From the IMG/VR virus record IMGVR_UViG_2711768060_000013, positions 1 through 31,542 of that record: a DNA stretch of 31,542 bases, one strand, 5' to 3'. The translations under genes and the position numbers were made by a program. Under the pieces are notes generated by a model, which was not told where the DNA came from, searched no databases, and saw nothing but the letters and a program-made list of their open reading frames with translations. The DNA is from a virus. Its lineage: Duplodnaviria; Heunggongvirae; Uroviricota; Caudoviricetes. Positions 1-8,807 of the stretch are shown here, piece by piece (the stretch's first letter is position 1; every line of letters starts with the position of its first letter).

Positions 1-147
1 CTCCTGCCATACCTGCTTCCCCGTTTTATCGCTGTCTGTCGGTGTCGCGGTATAGGGTACATATTCCTCCATATCGTCAAATAATATTTCGCAATTTATC
101 GCCCCGTGTTCAAGGCTGACAGGATTTTTTATATCTGTAATGTTCAT
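1..147 (-). CDS. 5'-partial ORF (49 codons, MNITDIKNPVSLEHGAINCEILFDDMEEYVPYTATPTDSDKTGKQVWQE, runs off window start); possible tail-fibre assembly chaperone or other distal tail gene
   Basis: ATG at 145-147 overlaps the TAA stop of the upstream fibre gene (TAATG on minus strand); frame open to position 1; position after a fibre gene suggests a chaperone but the sequence itself is not recognised. Confidence 0.4.
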   Translation of the reverse strand, partial: MNITDIKNPVSLEHGAINCEILFDDMEEYVPYTATPTDSDKTGKQVWQE

Positions 148-2318
148 TAACGATACCTTATAAATATTCCCAGAATATAATCACTCGTTTTCAGCCACGG
201 ATAGGAGGTCAGACTCCAGTAATATCCGGGAAACGTATGTTCCTCTTTAATATGAAGAGTCTGTTCGCCACTTTCATCGACTGTAATTATATATGGCTTC
301 AGAAGTGAACCACTTAAAGCATCACCTCGCTTCAGGGTGTATCCTCCGGGCTTATCCTGATAACGAAATGCCGCCTGAACAATACCGCCAGCCTCCGGTG
401 ATGCATTCAGCCCGTTGGAATAAACTGTACCGGACAAAAAATCAATTAATTCCTTATCAGTTCGTCTCCAGAGTTCCCATGCCGGGACACCAGAAGTGCC
501 ACGGGCGTAATAAACCTCTCCATTAACACCGTAAAAAAAATAAATCTTTTTTACGCCGTTAGTTGTACCTGCTAAATTTGAAGCCCAGATAATTTCAAGA
601 ATTCCACTGAATAGTACTTTTGGTATCACTATGTCGGGGTTTGCATAAACCAGATAACGCCCCGGTTTTGCGTCTCTTATCCAGGAATCAAATTCGGCTC
701 TGGTGTCAAAGCTAATCCTGTCATTAATATGAAAAATTTCACCAAAACCCAGTGCCCCCGGTATCGCCAGTCGGCCTTCTGTCCGGTCGTAAATATCACT
801 CTGTGGCTCCATTGTGGCGGCGCTTTTCAGCTCCAGTACTGTTCGCATGGCTTCCGGCGTTTCCTGCGCCAGCAGTGAGCGTCCCTTTTCTGACAGGGGC
901 GCAAGGGAGACGTATTCATCTGTGTCAAAGTACGGAAGCGTGTCAGCACGTTGTGTCAGGTTGCTGAGTGCCGTTAACACATCACTGAGTGGTTGTTTAC
1001 CCGCCAGCGCGTTAGTGACGGTTGTCGCAAAGTTCGGGTCATTGCCCAGCGCCGCCGCCAGTTCGTTCAGCGTGTCAAGGGCTTCGGGAGATGAATCCAC
1101 CAGTGCAGCGAGCAGTTTGCGGACAAACGCCGCATTAGCTATTTCAGTGCCTGCTGCATCATCTGGCGGTGTTGGCGCTGTCGGCGTTCCGGTCAGTGCC
1201 GGGCTGTTTAGTGGCGCGCGGGTTTCAATCAGTGCCCTGAGTGAAGCCTCGTTGACCTTCAGGTTCTCCCAACCAACCAGATAACCACCACTGGCAGTCC
1301 AGTAACGGTTGTAATAAACATGGCCGTTAATGCCATAGAAAATAATGATTTTAGGTATATATACCGGACTGGGATTGTGCTGATATTCTGGCCAGATAAT
1401 GTCAACAGTACCACTGAACAGCACACCCTGTATTACCACATTTGTACGTGCATAAACGGTATAGCGTCCGGGGTTTGCCCTTTTTACCCACAGTAGAAAA
1501 TCAGCCTCTGTTTCAAACTCTGTCCTGTCGTCATAGGAAAATATTTTCCCGAATCCGAACATGCCGGGAACCGCCAGTCGGCCTTCTGTCCGGTCATAAA
1601 TATCACTCTGTGGCTCCATTGTAGCGGCGCTTTTCAGTCCCAGATTATCGCGGGATTCCTGTTGCGCCTCTTCGCCTTCTGCCGCAATTTCTGACAGGTG
1701 GTTAGCCGTTTTGAGTGTCGCTGATAATGCGGTATCAATCTCATCCCTGGCCTGCTCCGCATCAGATGCGGCCTTTCTGGCAGCTTCAGCATCCTGCCTG
1801 ACCTCTTCGGCGGTATCCTCAATCTGAGAGGCCAGAATTTCGACCTGTTTTTTGTCTTCGGCAACGGCCTCTGCGTTCTGCTGTACGTTATCCGCCAGCG
1901 TCTCGCAGTCGCTCTTAATTTGTTGCGCATCAGCGACATGTTGCCCGGCCTGTCGTTCGCTTTCCGCTGCCGCTTCCGCGCTCTGCTGCGCCTGTTGAGC
2001 CAGTTCCTCGAATTTCTTCAGAGCTTCCGGGCGCAGGTCAATATCGGTTGCGCCCAGAAAATCATTCAGCGAACCGTCCGTTGAATCTTCATAAACGCGG
2101 ATGACACCGATTTCTGAAAGGCGCTGTGTGCTTTGTGTCAGGCGAACGCTGTACACACCCGGCAGAACGGGGAAGTCATATTCCCCGTTCTGTGTGGTGA
2201 CATGGCTGAAAACACTTTTCAGAATTCCTGCACGGTTGTGCAGGGAGGTCAGTGTAATGGTTGCGCCGCCCAGCGGTTCTCCCGTGGGCGTTTTAATCAC
2301 ACCTTTAAGCTGCGGCAT
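147..2318 (-). CDS. side tail fibre protein, 723 aa, lambdoid Stf-type N-terminal domain plus P2 gpH/Stf-like collar, internally duplicated module
   Basis: ORF track; N-terminus (VYEDS..GSLNDFLGA..RPEALKKFE) resembles the Stf-family N-terminal domain; Ala/Glu-rich coiled coil; APLNSPALTGTPT..ALVDSSPEALDTLNELAAALGNDPNF block typical of P2 H / Stf fibres; ATG at 2316-2318 with GGAG 8 nt upstream. Confidence 0.85.
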   Translation of the reverse strand: MPQLKGVIKTPTGEPLGGATITLTSLHNRAGILKSVFSHVTTQNGEYDFPVLPGVYSVRLTQSTQRLSEIGVIRVYEDSTDGSLNDFLGATDIDLRPEALKKFEELAQQAQQSAEAAAESERQAGQHVADAQQIKSDCETLADNVQQNAEAVAEDKKQVEILASQIEDTAEEVRQDAEAARKAASDAEQARDEIDTALSATLKTANHLSEIAAEGEEAQQESRDNLGLKSAATMEPQSDIYDRTEGRLAVPGMFGFGKIFSYDDRTEFETEADFLLWVKRANPGRYTVYARTNVVIQGVLFSGTVDIIWPEYQHNPSPVYIPKIIIFYGINGHVYYNRYWTASGGYLVGWENLKVNEASLRALIETRAPLNSPALTGTPTAPTPPDDAAGTEIANAAFVRKLLAALVDSSPEALDTLNELAAALGNDPNFATTVTNALAGKQPLSDVLTALSNLTQRADTLPYFDTDEYVSLAPLSEKGRSLLAQETPEAMRTVLELKSAATMEPQSDIYDRTEGRLAIPGALGFGEIFHINDRISFDTRAEFDSWIRDAKPGRYLVYANPDIVIPKVLFSGILEIIWASNLAGTTNGVKKIYFFYGVNGEVYYARGTSGVPAWELWRRTDKELIDFLSGTVYSNGLNASPEAGGIVQAAFRYQDKPGGYTLKRGDALSGSLLKPYIITVDESGEQTLHIKEEHTFPGYYWSLTSYPWLKTSDYILGIFIRYR

Positions 2319-2835
2319 CGGGACGCTCCGGCCAGTTGATGGAGTAAAAGGAGGCTTCGTCAGTAACGGTGCTTAAATCCAGTGCCTTTACCGCTTTGAT
2401 ATATGCCATCCACTGCGTAAGACGGGCTTTATCATCGTCGCTGATGGTGCCCAGCTCCAGCTCGGTTTTCCAGTCGGAGGTGATGTCCTTTGCTTCATTC
2501 AGCAGGCGCTGGCGTTGTTTTTCTGATAATCGTGGGTAATCAACAGGAACCGGCAGCACTTCGCCGTCTTTGTAATACCAGCTGGCTTCAATGCCAAAAC
2601 CTTCCGGCAGTTCATCCACTTCCACAATGGTAAAACCAACGGGATAAAGACGGGACACGTCTTCTGCCATTGAATAAATCACGCCGGATTCCGGGTGAAC
2701 ACACAATTTGTATTTCTTCGTGAATTTATCCAGTGATTCATAAAAATCCTGTCCGTCTTCACTGCGGAAATACTGAATGTTTTCACCATAAGGCATCTCT
2801 TCCAGGTAATAACGCGAGACGTTTCTGAGTTCCAT
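2305..2835 (-). CDS. tail fibre assembly protein (Tfa/U-like chaperone)
   Basis: C-terminal motif (ARLTQWMAYIKAVKALDLS...INWPERP) typical of Tfa family; start moved to ATG at 2833-2835, which has a perfect AAGGAG 7 nt upstream (the track start at 2871 overlaps the previous gene); follows a fibre gene. Confidence 0.8.
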   Translation of the reverse strand: MELRNVSRYYLEEMPYGENIQYFRSEDGQDFYESLDKFTKKYKLCVHPESGVIYSMAEDVSRLYPVGFTIVEVDELPEGFGIEASWYYKDGEVLPVPVDYPRLSEKQRQRLLNEAKDITSDWKTELELGTISDDDKARLTQWMAYIKAVKALDLSTVTDEASFYSINWPERPDAAA

Positions 2836-2849
2836 TATTTTCTCCTTAA

Positions 2850-3845
2850 TTAGCCGGATACCGTGCGCCATCCGCCATTGATATAAATCTGAGTTTGTTT
2901 GTAATACACGCCGCCGATGTTATCCGCAGAGCTCCTGCCAGTATCCTGAACGTTAATACCTGACAAAATACAACCTGAAGGCGCGCGAAATACCCAGGAA
3001 ATTTCGTTACCTCCGGGATTGTGAAACACTTCGCTGGTATATCTGAAATCACGCACAGCGCCGGAATCGGTGCTGCTGATGGTGATATCGCGGGTACCAT
3101 CAAATGCCGTACCGTTAATTTTGCGTGGGGTCTGTAGTTTGGTGGCGGTTGCTGCGTTGAAGCTGTCTTTTGATGTATACACCTGTGCCCATTCGGACCA
3201 GCTGGCATCTGCAGAATCACGTCTTGAACGGATATAAACCGGGGCATGCGCTCCACTCGTACCACTCCAGCCAATCAGCAGTTCACCTTCGCCTGATGCT
3301 GTCGCGCCTTTCAGGTGCAGAACATTGCCATAAGTGATGGGGTAGCCGTTGTTGTACGCTTCATACATCTGCAGCCCTGCATTGCCCTGTGCTGTGCCGC
3401 TTAATGCCGTCATCCGTCCTTTTGATAAAAGGGTGTCCGGTGACAGGCCAATTGCTTTAATAAATTCGCTGGCTGTGGTTTTCCCGAGAATACCGCGCAC
3501 AAAAGCACTGAGCGGCGTTAATGCCATTGTGTCTTCGCCCGTAAAATACGGGAACGTATTATTCTGACCGGTTAATCCGGCAATAGCTCCGGCTGAACCA
3601 CTGTTCGTAATAAACAGTTTTTTCAGCGCCGTCATAATCTGGTCGGTGGTGTTTTTATCCGGTTTGATATTTGCCTGCCGGAGAATTTCCAGCAGTTCGG
3701 ACTGAATAATATTAAACCAGTCCGGCCCCGGATAGGTGGGCGGAATACCATTCCCGCCTTCGGTGAAATAAAGCGTTGTTTTGCTTAATTCAGCCGCGAC
3801 AGGTGGCATTACCGGCACACCCGTCGGATTATCCACATGAAACAT
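2850..3845 (-). CDS. tail fibre protein (Mu S-like position), 331 aa
   Basis: ORF track; position directly after the baseplate genes; C-terminal ATKLQTPRKINGTAFDGTRDITIS and SWSEWAQVYTSKD motifs shared with Stf-type fibres. Confidence 0.8.
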   Translation of the reverse strand: MFHVDNPTGVPVMPPVAAELSKTTLYFTEGGNGIPPTYPGPDWFNIIQSELLEILRQANIKPDKNTTDQIMTALKKLFITNSGSAGAIAGLTGQNNTFPYFTGEDTMALTPLSAFVRGILGKTTASEFIKAIGLSPDTLLSKGRMTALSGTAQGNAGLQMYEAYNNGYPITYGNVLHLKGATASGEGELLIGWSGTSGAHAPVYIRSRRDSADASWSEWAQVYTSKDSFNAATATKLQTPRKINGTAFDGTRDITISSTDSGAVRDFRYTSEVFHNPGGNEISWVFRAPSGCILSGINVQDTGRSSADNIGGVYYKQTQIYINGGWRTVSG

Positions 3846-3848
3846 AAA

Positions 3849-4433
3849 TTATTCTCCGGTGTAATAATATTCATATTCCGTGCCCGCCAGTCGGTAATGC
3901 TTCAGCAGGCATTCCAGCTCGCGGGTCCGTTCGCTGATTAATGGCGTCATGACGTCATCAATACAGGTAAACCGTCCGGCATCTTTATCCGGGACTTCCA
4001 CTTTCAGCAGCCAGCGATACCGGGCCGGATACAGCGGATACATACAGTCACGCAGGCAGTGGTGCGGCAGAATGGCCGTCACCTTAATGGTGAAGCCCAG
4101 CGCCGCCGCTGCGGCTTCAATCTGCCAGGTTGCCAGCCCGCCTTTGCGGCGGTATTTCTCCACCACGGCCCGGCGGCGGGCTTCCGTTGTGGTGGCGGCA
4201 ATTCCGCATTCCGGCAGCGCCAGATATTGCTCCCACTCCGGCAGCAGCTGTAGCGTGGTTTCCGGGCGCATCTCCACATGCAGTCGCGAGGCGTCGTATT
4301 CAACGCGGGTTAAACGCTCTGCAAGCGCCCTTAAAAAACGGTTTAAATCTGCATCGTTATCACGCGGCCATGCCTTACCCCGTGGCATGACCTGTTGCAG
4401 TGCGGTCAGCCATTCCGTCACGCTGTGAGCCAT
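3849..4433 (-). CDS. baseplate/tail protein, Mu gp48-like (DUF2313, YmfQ-like)
   Basis: ORF track, 194 aa, synteny between the baseplate J-like gene and the fibre gene. Confidence 0.75.
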   Translation of the reverse strand: MAHSVTEWLTALQQVMPRGKAWPRDNDADLNRFLRALAERLTRVEYDASRLHVEMRPETTLQLLPEWEQYLALPECGIAATTTEARRRAVVEKYRRKGGLATWQIEAAAAALGFTIKVTAILPHHCLRDCMYPLYPARYRWLLKVEVPDKDAGRFTCIDDVMTPLISERTRELECLLKHYRLAGTEYEYYYTGE

Positions 4434-5494
4434 GTCACCTCCCCGATGGTAATAAGCTCATCCACATCACTGGTGGTGTCTTCCCCGATGTTCAGGAAGT
4501 AGTCCGCAATGCCGGACGTCATACCGATGGCCGTGCGCAGCGAGGACACCGGCAGCATCTGACCGGGGGCCAGCGTTTTCTGTAATGCGGTCAGGTTTGC
4601 CCGGACGGCGTTCCTGTTCGCCTGGCTGTCCGGTGTCAGACGGATGGACAGATCGACTTTCTTCAGCCTGACCTGTACCGGCCAGACCTCGATGCCGCCC
4701 GGTTTGCCCACCATCACGCCGGTGGCCGGGTGTTTGTGACAGAACAGATACTGCTCCATTGTCTTCAGGTCTTCGCGGGTCGGCACAATGTCTTCACGGT
4801 CATCATAAAGCCATGCCAGCCCGACCGTGCCGGGGCCGTGCCATGCATCCCACGCCCACGCGCGGCTGACGCCCGGCACTTCACGCGCCCATATCACGTA
4901 GTCATGCAGTGCACCGCCCACCGGGGGATTACGGCGCACATACAGCAGACGGTCCAGCAGCTCTGCGATGGATTCGATATCTGCGCCACCGGTGATGCCA
5001 CTTTCAGTCACCGCGCCGGTGCTGCCCGTTCCGGGTAGCGGGGACAACAGAGTGAGCACGGCACCGGCAGCAAGATTGCCCGCCACACCGGCTTCTTCAG
5101 CCTGCACGATGACGGTGACCTCGCCGTCCTGTACCTCGCCGGATGTGAGCACCTGATACACCTGATTCGTGTCGGACTGCATCCGGGTTTCTGCCGGGAG
5201 GGGAGACTGACTGGTGAAGGTCACCGGCCCGCTGGCAAAGGTGGCCTGCTTGCGGATAACCCCTTCATACGTTGCCGTTTTAATAATGGTTTCATCATCA
5301 GACGCGGTGGACGGAATAATCTGGTCTTTAATCCAGCTCTGATGGTCGTATAAATCCCGAACCTGACTGCTGAATGACACGTTCAGCGCCTGCTCAACAC
5401 TGACAGGCGGCAGCTTTTGCAGGCCGAGTTCATACGCAATATCTTTTTCGCCGTCGGCAATCAGTTTGCCCAGCGTGGGGATTTCATACGGCAT
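4418..5494 (-). CDS. baseplate J-like protein, Mu gp47-like
   Basis: ORF track; start moved to ATG at 5492-5494 with GGGAGG 9 nt upstream (track start at 5527 overlaps the upstream gene by 44 nt); synteny. Confidence 0.8.
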   Translation of the reverse strand: MPYEIPTLGKLIADGEKDIAYELGLQKLPPVSVEQALNVSFSSQVRDLYDHQSWIKDQIIPSTASDDETIIKTATYEGVIRKQATFASGPVTFTSQSPLPAETRMQSDTNQVYQVLTSGEVQDGEVTVIVQAEEAGVAGNLAAGAVLTLLSPLPGTGSTGAVTESGITGGADIESIAELLDRLLYVRRNPPVGGALHDYVIWAREVPGVSRAWAWDAWHGPGTVGLAWLYDDREDIVPTREDLKTMEQYLFCHKHPATGVMVGKPGGIEVWPVQVRLKKVDLSIRLTPDSQANRNAVRANLTALQKTLAPGQMLPVSSLRTAIGMTSGIADYFLNIGEDTTSDVDELITIGEVTWLTA

Positions 5495-5936
5495 TAATGG
5501 TGGCCTCCCATCGGCGGGTGATTTCAATTGTGAGCGTGGTTTTGTCCGGGCGGGTTAACACCACCTGAAAGGCAATACGGTCAGGGACGATGATTCTGGC
5601 CGTGACGGTGGCGTTACGGGCGTAACCGGCCCGCAGCAGCGGTTGCATGGACAACCGCGCGTAATCTTCCACACGCAGGCGGACATCTTCCGTCAGCTTT
5701 TCACGCTCAAGCAGCCACAGGCGGGAACCCCACGAAAAATCGCTGTACGTGTCGCCCGGCCAGCCGCGCGGGTCGCCAGAGCCGTCAGGAATGACATCAT
5801 CGTCATCAGCACGGGCATCGGTGAAAAGGCAGATAAGAACCTGAGTGACCAGCCCCTCATCCAGTGAGAGGCCGTTATGGGTGACGGTGATGTCACCCCG
5901 TGAGAGCATGTTATTCCAGCGGATTCCTGTCGTCAT
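5484..5936 (-). CDS. baseplate protein, Mu gp46-like (GP46 / T4 gp25-like family)
   Basis: ORF track, 150 aa, ATGA overlap with the upstream gene, synteny. Confidence 0.8.
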   Translation of the reverse strand: MTTGIRWNNMLSRGDITVTHNGLSLDEGLVTQVLICLFTDARADDDDVIPDGSGDPRGWPGDTYSDFSWGSRLWLLEREKLTEDVRLRVEDYARLSMQPLLRAGYARNATVTARIIVPDRIAFQVVLTRPDKTTLTIEITRRWEATINAV

Positions 5937-6469
5937 ACGGGCGGTGATGTATTCTCATTGTCGCCGTCCCTATGAGTGTGTTTGATGAAAGATTTGCCGT
6001 TGATGGTGACATCTTCAGTAAATTCACAGGGACCGACGAATTTCATTTGTTTACCGATAATATTCAGCAATTCGTCGGCGGTGAGATTTACCGTTTTCCC
6101 TGAAACGTTTAATTGTTCTCCTGTGATTTCAATAATTCCGCCTTTCTTTAACGTGATATGTGATTTGCCGTCCTGGTGATACAGCCGGACGTCGCCGGGG
6201 GACAGACCTTTAGGGCGACATCGCTTGTCCTCCACCGCGATGGCAACCAGCCCGTCACGCCGTCCGCCAACGGCCAGCACAATAGCTTCAGAACCTTCCG
6301 GCGGAACGGAAGTAAACCCGTAGTTCTGGAAGCGTTCCACGTCGTCGTCAGTGGCATCTGCCAGCGTCTGGATTTGCAGGTTCTGCCGCTCCAGACTGTC
6401 AGACACCATGCGGACAATGGCACGGTCAACCAGCAGCCGCAGACGGCGGGCAATGGCGTTTAATCCCAT
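5933..6469 (-). CDS. baseplate spike/assembly protein, Mu gp45-like (gpV-like)
   Basis: ORF track, 178 aa, recognised gp45-family sequence, synteny. Confidence 0.8.
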   Translation of the reverse strand: MGLNAIARRLRLLVDRAIVRMVSDSLERQNLQIQTLADATDDDVERFQNYGFTSVPPEGSEAIVLAVGGRRDGLVAIAVEDKRCRPKGLSPGDVRLYHQDGKSHITLKKGGIIEITGEQLNVSGKTVNLTADELLNIIGKQMKFVGPCEFTEDVTINGKSFIKHTHRDGDNENTSPPV

Positions 6470-7533
6470 GTGGCCACCGTCTTTGCTGATTTCTTCGTCT
6501 TCGCTTTCATTTCCGGCATATCCAGAGATTCAGGCGGAACCAGCGCCAGAACCGTCATCCGCCCCTGTGCGCCATCCGTCCAGGTCACCCCGGATATCAG
6601 CCAGGTGGTTTTCAGGTTCTGAATGCTGTCGTCAATATCGACAAGGCGGTTGGTCTGCCACAGCGGGCCGCTGTCGCCCTGTTCGCGCCAGCCTGCCACC
6701 GTGATTTCCGTCGTGCGGGCCTCTCCCAGCATCCGGGCCTTGTACCATTCCCCGCGAATGCTGGCACCGCCCACGGTCAAACTGTCTTCATTGACCAGAA
6801 TGCGCGGGCGGTAACGGTTAATTTCCGGGTCTTCGGTGATGTACTGGCGACCACCCACCATCGAGGCAGGCTGGCTGTCCCACAGTTTGCCACCGGCACT
6901 GGTGGTGCCCTTGATGATGTACTGGCTGTTACGCTCCCGCCAGCTGAAGCGCCCACGGGCGGCGAGGATATTTTTTCCCAGCATCAGTGACACGCCCGCG
7001 CGAACGGAAGAGGCGCGGGTGATAATCAGGTTACCTGCACCGTCAGACGTCAGCAGAACACCGCGCTGTTTTGCCAGCCGGTCGAGCAGTTCAAACCCCG
7101 TTTCACCCTGTTCCAGAACGACAGACGCAAACGCCTCCCCGGTCGGGGTTTCCGTGATGACGGTTATCCCGAACGGGCGGCAGACATCAGCCGCCACCTG
7201 TTCAAGCCGCACGCCTTTCCATTTCCCGGACGAATGCACCACAGAGCAGTCCACCAGGTCGCCGGTTTTGTCGCGCCCCATGACGCGAATCTCCACGTTA
7301 TCTGCGTCATAGCTGGGGATAAAATCATCGATATACCCCGTCAGCACGGTATCCGCGCCCAGCCTGACCGTGCAGGGTTGCCCCTCACGAATCACGCGCG
7401 GTGCCGCTGCCGACCAGCGGGTTGTCACACTGAGATCAAACTCACCGGCAATCGCCTTCAGGGAACGGCTGATGGACATTTCCGTCCAGCCTTCCCACAG
7501 TTTGCCGTCAACGGTAAGAATCACGGATTCCAT
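6460..7533 (-). CDS. baseplate hub / tail protein, Mu gp44 (P)-like
   Basis: ORF track, 357 aa, synteny after the DNA circularisation protein. Confidence 0.8.
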   Translation of the reverse strand: MESVILTVDGKLWEGWTEMSISRSLKAIAGEFDLSVTTRWSAAAPRVIREGQPCTVRLGADTVLTGYIDDFIPSYDADNVEIRVMGRDKTGDLVDCSVVHSSGKWKGVRLEQVAADVCRPFGITVITETPTGEAFASVVLEQGETGFELLDRLAKQRGVLLTSDGAGNLIITRASSVRAGVSLMLGKNILAARGRFSWRERNSQYIIKGTTSAGGKLWDSQPASMVGGRQYITEDPEINRYRPRILVNEDSLTVGGASIRGEWYKARMLGEARTTEITVAGWREQGDSGPLWQTNRLVDIDDSIQNLKTTWLISGVTWTDGAQGRMTVLALVPPESLDMPEMKAKTKKSAKTVATWD

Positions 7534-8807
7534 CAGTCGGTAATCTCCACAGGTTGCGTTGGCAGTATGAATGACGGATGGCGCAGGCGGTTACGCTGCA
7601 CGATTTCATCCCGTCGGCTTGTGTCACCATGTTCGCGCCATGCCAGCAATGCGGCAGATGTGGTTGTGGTCAGCGTCACCTGCCGGGTTTCCGGCAGACG
7701 GGCGGCACGCTCGCGGGCATCCGTAATCACGGCCTGCCGTAAATCGCGCAGCGTTCGCCACAATGCCCGCTGGTTATTTTCCACCGCCGCCACCGCCTGC
7801 TCATGCAGTTCAGCCGCCAGCGTGTCACCGGCAGATAATGCCGCATCACTGGTATCGAACGTCATCGAGGCCACGGCATTTGCCTGTCCCAGCAGGGTTT
7901 CCAGCACAACCACCTGGCGGAAGTCGTCAATGTTCTTCTGCAGGCTGTCAGACACCGGCTGATAATCCGGTGACAGCCCGATGGCAAAGCCAATTTCGCC
8001 GTCTGCCACGCTGCCTGGCTTCACGGTGATATCTTCCGGCAGTGCGCCGGTGGCAACCTGTCGGGCGCGTTCTCCGGCCCACTGGTTGCGTAATGTCGTG
8101 TAAACCGCCAGTGCTTCGGGTGGTTCCGTCACCAGATCAACCACGCCGTCGATGAACGAGGACAACTCACTGACCAGACGTCCCGGCGTGGCAATAATGG
8201 TTCCGACCATCTCCTTAAAATGGTTCAGCCTGTCCATCCACTGATTCAGTGCTGCCGGTAGCGTGGGCAGGTTAGCCACAAAGTTTTCCATATCGGACAG
8301 AAAGCTGTCGGCCATCTCACCCAGCCCGTCAAGTGCGCCGAACCAGTCGCCACCGTCAATGGCCGCTTTTACCGCATCAATACCCGTCAGCACTTCCTGC
8401 TGCGTGTTATCCGCCGCAGACGGGAACAGGCGCTCGCCTGCCTCAAACACTTCAAAGGTGACATACGCAATGCCGTCTTCCTCCGTGCTGAGGCGATGGG
8501 TGACCTTGCCAACCTGTACGGTCTGTATCCCGAACCACGGGTGAATAAGCTCGCCGGGGCCGGGGGTATTAAGCGCGTCTAAAAGGGCGTTTAAATCAGC
8601 CTGGAAGTTTTTACCTGGCAGCTTTGCGTTAATCTGCTGTTGCCCCGGAACGGCCCCGTTATCATCCGTCCAGGCGGTTTCGCGCCGGGGATACGCACGG
8701 GGAATGGCACGACGGCCACCGGTGCCTTCCGTATCCACCAGAAAGAAGGGGACGCCACGAAACGAGGCGTCGCGCAGCCCGTCCCATTTGCCTTTGCTTG
8801 TTGTCAT
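7533..8807 (-). CDS. N: DNA circularisation protein N-like (Mu gp43)
   Basis: ORF track, 424 aa, N-terminus MTTSKGKWDGLRDASFRGVPFF recognised as this family; immediately follows the tape measure gene. Confidence 0.8.
   Translation of the reverse strand: MTTSKGKWDGLRDASFRGVPFFLVDTEGTGGRRAIPRAYPRRETAWTDDNGAVPGQQQINAKLPGKNFQADLNALLDALNTPGPGELIHPWFGIQTVQVGKVTHRLSTEEDGIAYVTFEVFEAGERLFPSAADNTQQEVLTGIDAVKAAIDGGDWFGALDGLGEMADSFLSDMENFVANLPTLPAALNQWMDRLNHFKEMVGTIIATPGRLVSELSSFIDGVVDLVTEPPEALAVYTTLRNQWAGERARQVATGALPEDITVKPGSVADGEIGFAIGLSPDYQPVSDSLQKNIDDFRQVVVLETLLGQANAVASMTFDTSDAALSAGDTLAAELHEQAVAAVENNQRALWRTLRDLRQAVITDARERAARLPETRQVTLTTTTSAALLAWREHGDTSRRDEIVQRNRLRHPSFILPTQPVEITD

Noticed and set aside
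147-2318. Diversity-generating retroelement acting on the duplicated fibre module
   Set aside because: No reverse transcriptase gene and no template-repeat pattern of adenine-specific differences; the two mismatches in the 66-bp repeat are G/A transitions and the modules diverge throughout.
147-3845. Invertible G-segment-type fibre switch (gix/hix-like inverted repeats plus invertase)
   Set aside because: The only long repeat found in the fibre region is direct, not inverted, and does not resemble a gix/hix site; no invertase gene lies within the window. An invertase left of position 1 cannot be excluded.
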